A stretch of DNA of 64,000 nucleotides from the NCBI RefSeq assembly GCF_964204645.1, contig NC_134036.1, positions 8,036,812 through 8,100,811 on the forward strand, written 5' to 3'. Position numbers and translations under genes: made by a program. Below the pieces are notes generated by a model that searched no databases, was not told the DNA's origin, and worked only from the letters and a program-made list of their open reading frames with translations. Below, one piece after another: positions 13,298 through 24,389 of the stretch (the stretch's first letter is position 1; each line of letters starts with the position of its first letter). Origin of the DNA: Tubulanus polymorphus. Taxonomy: Eukaryota; Animalia; Nemertea.

Positions 13298-13519
13298 ATG
13301 AGTGATAATAACTGGATAATAACTGGATTATATAATGGCGCATTACTATCAGTTGGAACTGTTGGTTATTCAATGGTATTAAAAAAAGTATTCAAAATGG
13401 GAAGTGTTAATGTTGATAGATTTGATATCAATGATATCTTAAAATTAACATTAGCAGTTACTTTATCTAATTTAACTATTGATTATTTGGAAAAACAAAA
13501 ATATATTCCTCCCATATAA
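13298..13519 (+). CDS. Small hydrophobic Polinton protein (73 aa)
   Basis: TAAATG start; 72/73 identical to 59000-59221. Confidence 0.8.
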   Translation: MSDNNWIITGLYNGALLSVGTVGYSMVLKKVFKMGSVNVDRFDINDILKLTLAVTLSNLTIDYLEKQKYIPPI

Positions 13520-13543
13520 ATGCATAATTTTTTTGCTAAATAA

Positions 13544-13966
13544 ATGGCTTCTGCAATTATAACTATTATAGGATCGGCAATTGTTAACGCTTTAGCATTT
13601 ACTGGTGGTGGATATTTATTTAAACATATTGATAAAAATAGTTCATTAGGAGAACAAAGAAGACATAATTTAGCATTAGAGAAATACAATAAAGCAGCAG
13701 AAGAATATAGAGAAAAACGACAAAACTATATGGATTACATGAATAAAGAATTATATGATCAGAAGATTTCACATAGAGATTTTCAATCAGTTGATGATGC
13801 AATGAGTTTATATAACGCAGTAACAAATAAAGAAAAATTACATCTATACAAACCTAAATTATCAGATTATTATACCCCAAGTAAAGAACAACAGAAATAT
13901 GAAATAATTTGGATTTTAGGTGGAACTGTTATTGTTATATTTGTTGCTTATAAGTTTACTAATTAG
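13544..13966 (+). CDS. Polinton protein with hydrophobic N- and C-termini (140 aa)
   Basis: Conserved with 59247-59669; C-terminal TM-like segment. Confidence 0.8.
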   Translation: MASAIITIIGSAIVNALAFTGGGYLFKHIDKNSSLGEQRRHNLALEKYNKAAEEYREKRQNYMDYMNKELYDQKISHRDFQSVDDAMSLYNAVTNKEKLHLYKPKLSDYYTPSKEQQKYEIIWILGGTVIVIFVAYKFTN

Positions 13967-13985
13967 TAATTTTTTTTCTAAATAA

Positions 13986-14411
13986 ATGGAAGATAATATT
14001 GATATTATTCCTCATGATATAAATAAAACTAAATTAAAAATATATTTAGAAAAACAAATATTAGAATTTGGAAGTGATTTAAAAGTTAAAAAGAAAAAAT
14101 ATTTAAAAAGTAAAATTATATATTATTTGATTATTAGTGGTTCGGTTACAATTAGTTCTGTAATAACATTTCTAGCAATATTCAGTCCATTAACACCTTT
14201 AGCTATATCAATTGGTGTATTAGGATTAAGTTCAAGTATCTTAACCGGTATAAGTTCAAAATTAAATATAAAAAGTAATAAAGAAAAAATTAAAACTAAT
14301 ATAAAAGAAATTAATAAATTAAAGAACACACTAGATTATATAATAAGTTTAAATGGTCATATAACAGTTGAAGAACAAGATAAATTATTAAAAGAATTAA
14401 TAAATTATTAA
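13986..14411 (+). CDS. Two-TM coiled-coil Polinton protein (141 aa)
   Basis: Conserved with 59689-60123; central hydrophobic hairpin. Confidence 0.8.
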   Translation: MEDNIDIIPHDINKTKLKIYLEKQILEFGSDLKVKKKKYLKSKIIYYLIISGSVTISSVITFLAIFSPLTPLAISIGVLGLSSSILTGISSKLNIKSNKEKIKTNIKEINKLKNTLDYIISLNGHITVEEQDKLLKELINY

Positions 14412-14427
14412 TTTTTTAATTATATAA

Positions 14428-14930
14428 ATGGCAGATCCAAAAGCTTTCCAATATAATAAATCAATTAAATATAATATTCCAGCAATAGATTTTAATAAAG
14501 ATATTACATATAGAAATGAAGTTTTAAATTCATTAATTGATTTATATATTTATGTTACTGAAAGTAATAATTTTCATGTAAAGATGGAAAATATATTTCA
14601 TGTAAAAAATTGAAAGATGAAAAACAATGGTTATTAAAATCTAATATGAAGTATTGGCAGAACCAATTAAATTTTGCTGTTTATTGTGCAACAACAGGAT
14701 GTGGAATTAGTTGGAATGATCATTTGAATAATTCTAAATATAAATTAATTCAAAGTTTATTTAGATTTCATACATACTTTCAAATAAGAATAATATTAAA
14801 TGAATTAGAGTGCGCTTTACCAGGATCAAGATATTTTAAAGAATTAGATAATAATATTAATTTATCAAAGTTTTATAAAATTTGTAATGAATTTAATAAA
14901 GATATAAATAATTCTGATTTTAGAACAAAA
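14428..14930 (+). pseudogene. 5' part of the 445-aa Polinton protein, frameshifted and truncated by deletion
   Basis: NMKYWQNQLNFAV.CAT.GCG shared with 60141-61478. Confidence 0.8.
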
Positions 14931-15048
14931 ATTGGAACAATAAGATCACTTCCTTGCCCTAAAAAGATTGCAGAATATTGTGCACTTCCCATACCATCTA
15001 ATAGTTTGTATAATATCTATAGTCATAAATTAAGTTAATTAAATTAAA

Positions 15049-15551
15049 TTAATGCAAATGATGAAATAATTAATGAGAATATTAACTTCCCAAGAAGATC
15101 TATTAAAGGTATATTAATATTTTTTACCATTGCAACATATTCTAATGGTGCAATAAAGGTAGATAATTATTATAATCCTGAAATAACAAAAGTAGAAATA
15201 ACTATCGAAGGAATAGCAAATAAAATATTTTGCCAAGGAGTGAGAATGATAGATCAGTGGCCAGAAATTAGAAAACATTTTACGAATGAAAAAGTAAAAT
15301 CATTTGAAAATTGTAATATTAATCAAATTGATTATTATACCGGCAATAAATATGCATTATGGTTAGATTTTAGAACAACAGAGGATAATTCATTACATGG
15401 TTCTGGAAAAAAATTACAAAACACTAAAGATGGAATACAATTATTCATGGCGAAGAAAAGAGGGGACAAAAATTTCAAAATGCACATTTATATTATATCT
15501 GACGCGCAATTAAGTATTGTAAATTCACAATTAGATAGTATTCAATATTAG
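15049..15551 (+). pseudogene. 3' remnant of the major capsid protein gene
   Basis: Near-identical to the element 3 MCP from ~63719 onward; 5' part deleted. Confidence 0.85.
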
Positions 15552-15581
15552 AAATATAAAGTTAAAATTAAGGATATATAA

Positions 15582-16707
15582 ATGGGTGGTAAAAAAACTC
15601 CTAATACTAAAGAACAATATTTAAGAAATTTATATTACAACCCTGAGAGTTCAGTTGCTTATTCTTCTACTAAAAATATATGGCGTCAAGTAAAACAAGA
15701 TAAATTAGATAAGATGATCCCACAAAATTTAGTTAAATATAAAGATATAAATGAATTTATGTTAGAACAACCAACATATACAACACATAAAAAAATTGTT
15801 AGAAAATAAAAAACTCGTAAAACTATGGTAAGTTATGTAGATCAACAGTGGCAAGGAGATTTAATCTATATGAAAAATGTTAAGAAAGATAATGATGATT
15901 ATTGGTGGTTATTGAATATAATTGCTATTTTTAGTCGTAATGTATAGAGCTTCCCACTTTATAGAAAAGATGCTGTACAAACATCAAATGTTTTAAGAAA
16001 ATTTCTTTCGGATGATAAACTAAAACCAGAAAAAATACAATTTGATGATGGAAAAGAGTTTGATAATTCACTTGTTCATGAACTCTTAGATAATCATAAT
16101 ATTAAATATTTTTCAACAAAATCAGATAAAAAAGCAGCAGTTGTTGAACGATTTAATAGAACATTAAGAACAAGAATGTGGAAATATTTTACAGCAAATA
16201 ATACTTTTAAATGGATTGATGTTTTACCAAAATTGATAGAAGGATATAATAATTCTTATCATTCTTCTATTGGAATGAAACCTATTGATGCTAGAAAACC
16301 TGAAAATGCTGAAATTGTTTGGAATAATTTATATGGAGCATTTCTTGTAGATGATTTTGGTGAACCTAAATTTAAAGTTGGTCAAAATGTTAGAATTTCT
16401 AAGTATAAAAAGATATTTGATAAAGGATACGATCGAAATTTTACTAGAGAAATATATAAAATAAAAAAGGTAATAACAACAAAACCATATGTCTATAAAT
16501 TAGAAGATTTAGATGGTGAAGAAGTTGATGGCTACTTTTACGAAGAAGAATTAAGTTTAACTACTGAAAATCTAGAACAAGAATATAAAATTGAAAAAGT
16601 ATTAAAAACAAAAATATAAAAGAAAAAAATATTCTTTAGTAAAATGGGTTGGATGGCCAGATAAATTCAATGAATGGATATTATCAAGTAAAATTAAAAA
16701 TATGTAA
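15582..16707 (+). pseudogene. Retroviral-type (rve) integrase with C-terminal chromodomain, disrupted
   Basis: LYYNP, QWQGDL, IQFDDGKEF, AAVVERFNRTL, YKIEKVL..LVKWVGWPDKFNEWI; internal stops. Confidence 0.92.
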
Positions 16708-17316
16708 ATAAATACAGAATTATTTATATTTGAGCCTCATAATATGTTAATATCTGGCGTAACAAATTGTGGAAAAACTTATTTCATATTAAATTTATTA
16801 GAAACTGTTTTTGAAAACTATTTTGATAATATAGTATTATTTTGCCCAACGTATTAATTTAATCAAACTTATGATAGAAATAGTACTAGAAATAATGAAT
16901 TTATTATATTAGATCCTAAAACAGTAGAAGAAAATTTAGATAATTGTATAAAAATAGCAATTGATATTTATAAAGGATCAAATACATTATTCATTATAGA
17001 TGATTGCGCTAATTTACATGATTCAAAAGTGAGAGAAAGTGAGTTATGTTATCTAGCTTTCTCTGGAAGACATTTCGGGATAACAACATGGGTTTTAAAT
17101 CAAAAATAAAATTCAATTGTTAAAGACTTTAGAGAAAACATTAGATTTCTAGTTTTATTCTACAATAAAGATAGAAAATCAATGAAAAATGCACTTGAGG
17201 AAAATGATATTATTCCACATGATTTACATTATGAATATATGGATAAGTTGAAAAATATTAAAAGATCAAAATTACTATTTAGATTACAACACCCATTTAA
17301 ATATGAATTTATTTAA
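16708..17316 (+). pseudogene. A32/FtsK-like packaging ATPase, start lost and internal stop
   Basis: Manual translation: ISGVTNCGKT (Walker A), LFIIDD (Walker B), SGRHFGITTWVLNQ. Confidence 0.9.
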
Positions 17317-17600
17317 ATTCAACTAGCTTGTTAATATAGTTAAATTCTAGTTACATTCCAGTTGAATTCTAGTTATTGGTAGTTGTAACAAAAATCAACT
17401 AGATTTAACAATATTTTAACTAGCTTGTTAATCTAGTTTAATTCTAGTTACATTCTAGTTGAATTCTAGTTGTTAGTAGTTGAAACAAAAATCAACTAGA
17501 TTTAACAAGAAATAAACAAAAACAACAATATTTCAACTAGCTTGTTAATCTATTTGAATTCTAGTTACATTCTAGTTGAATTCTAGTTGCAACATCACAA
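17317..17600. repeat. Internal tandem repeat of element 1 (3 units, ~96-118 bp, TTCTAGTT-rich)
   Basis: AACTAGCTTGTTAAT recurs at ~17321, 17417 and 17535. Confidence 0.85.
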
Positions 17601-17620
17601 CTAATTTTGTTGTTATATAA

Positions 17621-18226
17621 ATGGTAGGTGAAAAGAAAATAAAATCTAAAAATGGTGATGTTCCAATTGAAAAAACTTTAGATGATTTAGGAATAACAGA
17701 AAACAAATTAATTCCAGATGATGGTGCTTTAAATAATGTTACAACAAATAATAATTATGAATATTATCTTTATTGCAAACATCAATTAGAAATATTAATA
17801 GCATCTGGAAAATGTAAAAATTTTGTCAATAAAAATTTAACTTATAATGAATTAGATACAATGAAATCAGATGAAATTATTAGATTATTTAAGATTTATG
17901 AAGCCGCGAGAACAGCTAAAATTAATGACGCGATATCAGAAAATGTAGTAAAAGGTTATAGTAAATTATGTAATTATATACTACCAATTGAAGATGAAAA
18001 TAGATTATATTCCGATTTAAAAAATGATTATTTAGTTATGACTGAATTAAATAAATGGATTGGATATTTATCGTTTCAATTAGGTGGATTTATGACATTA
18101 TTATCAACTGGGGTTATAACATTTTCAAATATTGAAAGTAAAAATATTTCTATAATAAATGAGCGAGGTGAAAGAAGTGAAGGAATTAAATGTGAAGAAA
18201 AAACCGAGAACTCAGAAACAAATTGA
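17621..18226 (+). CDS. Hypothetical Polinton protein (201 aa)
   Basis: TAAATG start; diverged homolog at 39090-39640. Confidence 0.8.
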   Translation: MVGEKKIKSKNGDVPIEKTLDDLGITENKLIPDDGALNNVTTNNNYEYYLYCKHQLEILIASGKCKNFVNKNLTYNELDTMKSDEIIRLFKIYEAARTAKINDAISENVVKGYSKLCNYILPIEDENRLYSDLKNDYLVMTELNKWIGYLSFQLGGFMTLLSTGVITFSNIESKNISIINERGERSEGIKCEEKTENSETN

Positions 18227-18527
18227 ATGGTCTCGGCAATTAGGGATTGAATCACAAGAATATAAAAAAGCTGTAAAAGAAAAAATAAGTAATAAAAATG
18301 TTAATAAAAATGGTGAAAATATTGTTATTTCTACTCCTTCTGATAATAGAATATTTGATAAATATTTATATTTTACAGTTGGATTTGTAATTGTATTCAT
18401 TTTGATTGGGTGTAATTGGTATAAGAAATCAAATAAAATTCATGATATTAGTAATTCTGAACCAACTGCTATCAAAAATGAAAGTACTTCTGAAATTCCA
18501 AAATTGATGATAAAAAAAATGGATTAA
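18159..18527 (+). CDS. Hypothetical single-TM Polinton protein (122 aa)
   Basis: TAAATG start; TM segment YLYFTVGFVIVFILIG; homolog at 39629-39989. Confidence 0.75.
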   Translation: MSEVKEVKELNVKKKPRTQKQIEWSRQLGIESQEYKKAVKEKISNKNVNKNGENIVISTPSDNRIFDKYLYFTVGFVIVFILIGCNWYKKSNKIHDISNSEPTAIKNESTSEIPKLMIKKMD

Positions 18528-19626
18528 TATTTTAGAAAAAAAGCAAAAAAAAATAATTTTTTTTAATTAATTGAATATCTCACTACTTTTGTCTATCTAT
18601 GCGGAGCAATTAAATTGTCCAGATAAGTCATTTCGGATTCTAGATATTCATTATTTTTATTAATTTATTTAGTTTTTACTTGAATATTGTATTACAGTCG
18701 TTTCTTATTATTAGTTTTTTCTTAAATTGAAAGATGACAACACTGGGTATGATAAAATGAATATTTGAATTTGAATTTGTTAATCAATTAACATAGTAAT
18801 TGATTACTAATTTGATTAAAAATTATATCATAATTAAGTTAAAAATCCATAATTCATTTATCAGTTTTCATTCTTATATTCTTTTCATTCGAAATAATTT
18901 ATAATTTCAAATTTCACATATTTCACAATTTCACAGGTGTTTTAGCTAAGTATATAAGGCAATTCATTCAACCACTGGAGTGCCGCCGGGCTTGGCTTGC
19001 AGGGGCATTTCGAAAATGCACCTTTGTCCACCCTCCGTGGTTCTCCTTCAGTTTTGACTTTCGATCCTCCTTTCGGGGTAAGGGGTTGATAGGAAATGCA
19101 TTAGGCGCCTTAAATATAATGTGTTTCCTGTCAACCATTGAAGGAGAATTGGCGAGGCGTGGGTCACAGGGGTGTAAGTAGAAATGCTTGGGGATAGGTA
19201 TCTCGTGGCGCCTCTCAATAACGGGATGCTTATCCCCTAAAAACTCTGCGAGTCAAGTCGGGTGGTTTTGCTAAAACTTACCGTAAAAACATTGAAATAT
19301 TCCTTTTAATCACGAGAGAATGATGACTATCCTCCTGTCGTCACGGCCGAGCTAATTTAAATAAACCTCGCTTTCAGCAACCAATGAAAACGTGGTGGTT
19401 CAATGCCGGCTAACTGGCTTGTGTGTGTTGTATGTACTGCGTGCTTAATATATAACTGCTAGCTATCCAATATAACAACAACGTTGTGCAACACCTGTTT
19501 GATTGATCAATATTCAAATGAAGCACTCTCATATAATAACATGTAACAGATGTTTGACTGTATGATTGTAGTTGTTTATAAAACGACTAAGGTCATTTTT
19601 AGATATTCATTATTTTTATTTTTTAT

Positions 19627-19953
19627 TTAATCAACAATTTCCAAATCATGATGACCGTCTTCATTTTTCCCATGATATATTATTTTAAATCCTACTAAAT
19701 CTTTCAATTCCTCTGTACTCAATGAAACCCATTTATCGGGTAAAAACACTTTAAATTCTCGTGATGTACTAACATTACAGTAGCTTAAATTAGCTGATAC
19801 TTTCTCTCCATATTTAGTTTTTATCTTTTCTAATTTCAATATCTTATGTTCAATTTCTTTTGTAACATCAACTAACTTTTTTATTTCAAATTGTTTTTTT
19901 GTTGGTTTAATTCTGTTATTTATTGTTGCTAAGAATGCTTTTCTATCTCCCAT
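19627..19953 (-). CDS. Terminal hypothetical protein (108 aa), possibly OB-fold-like
   Basis: ATG sits at the inner edge of the right TIR; TKYG...VFLP pattern. Confidence 0.7.
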   Translation of the reverse strand: MGDRKAFLATINNRIKPTKKQFEIKKLVDVTKEIEHKILKLEKIKTKYGEKVSANLSYCNVSTSREFKVFLPDKWVSLSTEELKDLVGFKIIYHGKNEDGHHDLEIVD

Positions 19954-20033
19954 TTATTAGGAAAAAAAATTACTTGTGGTGATGAGTGGTCGACCTTCGA
20001 CCTCTGATCTGAAAGCCTACTTTCCCAATTACT
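19951..20033 (-). repeat. Right terminal inverted repeat of element 1
   Basis: Reverse complement of 4405-4487; followed by TSD AATGTG. Confidence 0.95.
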
Positions 20034-20519
20034 AATGTGGTGTGAGAATTAGTGATGTATTGATCCCACTAGAGGTCGGTAGTGTAATTTGAAAAAGCGA
20101 TACATGAAAACTATTAATATACATATATACGACCTAGAAAGTTTCATCACGTGTGGTTTCTTTGATTTTCCCCGGTATTTATGTCGCTTTTTGGTAGAAA
20201 TGCCTTCAGTCAGACTGTGCACATGCACACCACCTCAGCCAATAGTAAACCCGATAAAAGAAAATGTTGAAAATTCGGAAAATATATTCATTAAAAACTG
20301 AAGTCATCCTCAACCCACCTTATCAATCATCCCCCATCAACAAACGACTTGACCATTCTGAAAATACTCGAGAAAATGAAACACGACCGAAGCCGATATT
20401 AAAACGGGTAAAAGAAATTGTTGATAATTCGGAAAATATTTACATTAACAACTGAGACATCTTCACTCCTCCTTGTCAAACATCCCCCAGCAACTACCAG
20501 TTACTTTGTAAATATTTCA

Positions 20520-23500
20520 CCGGATGAACCGCCAAATAATAATAATTCTATACAAGATAAAGTTAAAGATGGTCTAATGAAAAATGCAAAATATCTATGA
20601 AAATTATCTAAAAAATCTGCTGCACCATGACCAGGTATTAAATAATTATTTCATATTAATAACACGTTCAAGATTGATTATTGAAAATTTAGATCAAGGA
20701 CTAGAAAAAAAAAGAATTCTATTATGATGATTTAATTGATAATTTTAAACCAATATAGACAAAATGTGGATTTAATGTAACTAATAAAATGTGGAGTATT
20801 TGGCACCAGATTTGAAATATTTAGATGGTGATTATTATTGGCGTTTCAAAGATGACTATGATTTTAAGATATCTTCTTATAAATGTCGTGATAAAATAGT
20901 AACAAAATCAACTTTGGCTAAATTAGAACAATCTAGAATTAAAAGAGTAAGTAATAAGAATGATATAACTGATGTTACAGAACAAGAAATAACTCTAAAT
21001 AGAAGGGAATTTAATCAAAGAAATGATTATATTTCGAAGATGATTCATGAAAATTTAGAACCAGAAACAATCCCTAAAGAAGTTATTAATTCAAAAACCA
21101 GTAAACCTAGATCATCGGGATTTCAAACTGAAAAACTTTTACCGGAAGGAGTAATTGATTAACAGATCAATAAATAGAAGCTTTAACTATGTTTCATGAA
21201 CAATTCCTCTGAGAAATTATTAGTATAAGAAATGAAGCTGAGAAAATTGTACATGAAAAAATTACGACTTTTGAAGATTAATCATCTAAATCAAATAAAG
21301 AATAAGAACAATTAAGATCGGATTTAGATCGTCAAGTAATTGAAGAAATGTAATATAGACAAAATGAATTGCGTTTAGAAGAAGAAATTGATAATTTAAA
21401 AGAAAATTCAAAAGTAAAGAAAAAGAAAAAAAAGTGATTTATTCAAATCAGGTGCTAATAGAATTTAAAGATTAAAAGATATTTTTAAATAATTATTAAT
21501 AAATAAAACCAACTTTTGAATTATCATTAAAAGATAGAATAAAATCATTATTTGAATTAAAAGGTATAACAAGATCGTCTAAAGAAGTTAGCAAAATATT
21601 TATGGGAATTATCTAAAAAATCTGCTGCAGCATTACCTGGAATTATGGCATTAATTGATCGTTTTATTTTTAAAGTCTGTTGGAAATATTATTAGTTTTA
21701 CTGCTTAACATATAATTGTATTTATAATTGCAGTTGTTAGTGCTATTATTTTCGGATTTTTAAATATGATAAAAAGTAGATAAGTAAGCTTTTTTATTAA
21801 TAACTGGTGAATGTAAAATATATAGATCCTTCAAATAATTCGAGAATATCTAATGCAAATCAAGCAGAACGTAATCATCATATAATTTCTCAATCCTTCA
21901 AGTAAAATATTAATCCAAATGAAACTTTATATGTTAGAATTCCTAGATTAAATCAAAATACTTTTTATGCTTATCAAGCAGTATGTATTTATCAGCTGAT
22001 ATAGAATTAACTGGTAATAATAATAATTATGTTGTAGATAATGTTGTTAGATACTTGATACAAAATTTAGGATGAAAATTGAACCGGAAACTGTTTTTAC
22101 ATTAGATGATTATAATTTATTTGCATATTATAAAGATTTATGGTTAACAAAAGAAAATTGAAAAAATATGATATTTCTAGGAATTCAAACAGAAAAATGA
22201 AAATAAATTAAGATCAAAAGCAAATAATGCAATAGTAACTAATGCTGCAGATAATTTAATAAAAAACATTTATGGAAGTAAATATGAAATTCCATTAGAT
22301 TTTGAATGATAAATAATAATGCACTTTTATATAAATATGCAATTCAAGAAGATATAACATTTGAAATAACTTTTGCTCCTGTAAATGAAATAGTATTATC
22401 TAGTGTAATTAAAGATATGGGTTATAAATAATCGAATATATGTTAAGAATGTGATACAGTAAAACTGTAACTATTAATGCAAGTGATGAAATAATAAATG
22501 AAAATGACTTTCCTATAAGATCTATTAAAGGTATTTTATTATTTATCACCTAAGTATATGCTAATGGCACAATAGATGTTAATAATCATTATAATCCCGA
22601 AATATTAAAAGTAGAATCAAATTGATTATTATACTGGTAATAAATTTGCATTATGGGTAGATTTTGGAACAACTGAAGATAACTTGTTACATGGTTCTGG
22701 GAAAAAATTACAAAATACAAAAGATTGAATACAATTAAACATGATAAAGAAAAAAGGAATCGATGATTATAAAATGCATATTTATATTTATTCTGATGCG
22801 CAATTAAATATATCAAATTCACAATTAGATATTATTCAATATTAATAATATAGAAATAATATTTGTGATATATAAATGGAGAATAATATATATCGCAATC
22901 CTAAAGAACAACATCTAAGAAATTTGTATTATAATCCTGAGAGTTCAGTCTAGGCTGAGAGTTCAGCCTATTCTTCTGTAAAACATATATGGCGCCAAGT
23001 AAAACAAGATAAATTAAATAAGCTAATCCCACAAAATTTTGTAAAATATAAAGATATGAATGAATTTACGTTAGAACGTAATGAAAAATGAAAAATCTTT
23101 AAAACAATGAAAAATCTTTAAAAAGATAATATTGGTTGATATTGAATATAATTGATTTTTTAGTCGTTATGTATGGAGTTTCCGACTATCCAGAAAAGAT
23201 GCTGTACAAACATCAAAAGGTTCAAGAAAATTGCTTTCAGGTCCTGCGAATCCAGAATAAAATAGAATTTGATGATGGAAAAGAATTTGATAATTCATTT
23301 GTTCATGGACTCTTAGATTTTTTAACATTGGATAAGAAAGCAGCTGAAGCAGAGAACAAGAATGTGGAAATATTTTACAGCAAATAATACTTTTAAATGG
23401 ATTTATATTTAACCAAAATTAATAGAAGGATATAATAATTCTTATCATTCGTCTATTGGAATGAAACCTATTGATGTTAGAAAATATGAAAATGCTGAAA

Positions 23501-24130
23501 TTGTTTGCCATAATTTATATGGAGCATTTCTTGTAGATGATTTTGGTGAACCTATCTATATAAAGTTGGTCAGTAAGTAATAACAACAAAACCATATGTC
23601 AATGAATTAGTAGATTTTGAAGGTGAAGAAGTTGATTGGTAGTTTATGAAGACGAATTAATTCTAACTACTGAAAAACTAGAACAAGAATATAAAATTGA
23701 AAAAAAAAATTAAAAACAAAAACTGCTAAAGAAAAAAATATTCTTTAGTAAAATGAGTTGGATGGCTAGATAAATTTAATGAATTGATATCATTAAGTGA
23801 AATTAAAAATATGTAAATCAATGAGGAATTATTTATATTTCAACATCATAATATGTTAATTTCTCGTGTAACAAAATGTGGAAAAACTTATTTTTATATT
23901 GAATTCATTAGAAACTGTTTATAAAAACTATTTTGATATATTAGTATTATTTTGTCCAAGATATGAATTCAATAAAACTTATAATAGGAACATTACTAGA
24001 AATACTAAAATTATTGTATTAGATCCTAGATTGTATTAGATAACAGTTAAAGAAAAATTTAGATAATTGTATTAAAATAGCAATTGATACATTGATACAT
24101 CTAATACATTATTTAATATAGATAATTGTG
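20520..24130 (+). mobile_element. Heavily decayed Polinton remnant (484-aa gene homolog ~20520-21783, MCP ~21810-22843, integrase ~22876-23816, ATPase ~23820-24130)
   Basis: Colinear DNA similarity to 61495-64000 and 15049-17000 with many stops, indels and deletions; no termini seen. Confidence 0.88.
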
Positions 24131-24389
24131 ACGTAAGCGGGCATTCGAAAATGAACCAAGAACCGATGACAGAGTTTCTGCCAAATATTAAGAGAGTCAA
24201 TAAGATGGTGAATCGCAATACGATATGATCGGTCGTGGCGGAATATCCTTCCTATAATGTTTGAAAGTCCGCAGAGATAAGTTAGCGACGGTAACCGTTT
24301 TGAAACATCGTAATCTTTGTAATTCGCAATAATCATATGAATCAATATGCTCAAACTCATTGCGGTTTCAAAATAATAAATTTAATTAT

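Larger units (their letters stand above)
4405..20033 (+). mobile_element. Polinton/Maverick element 1 (complete ends, internally disrupted)
   Basis: ~80-bp TIRs starting AGTAATTGGGAAAG and ending CTTTCCCAATTACT; 6-bp TSD AATGTG at 4399-4404 and 20034-20039; pPolB, penton, MCP remnant, integrase and ATPase inside. Confidence 0.97.

Noticed and set aside
8289-14329. Antisense ORFs overlapping Polinton genes (8289, 9152, 13483, 13620, 14123; likewise 54005, 59835-62873)
   Set aside because: Shadows of the coding strand without start context or motifs
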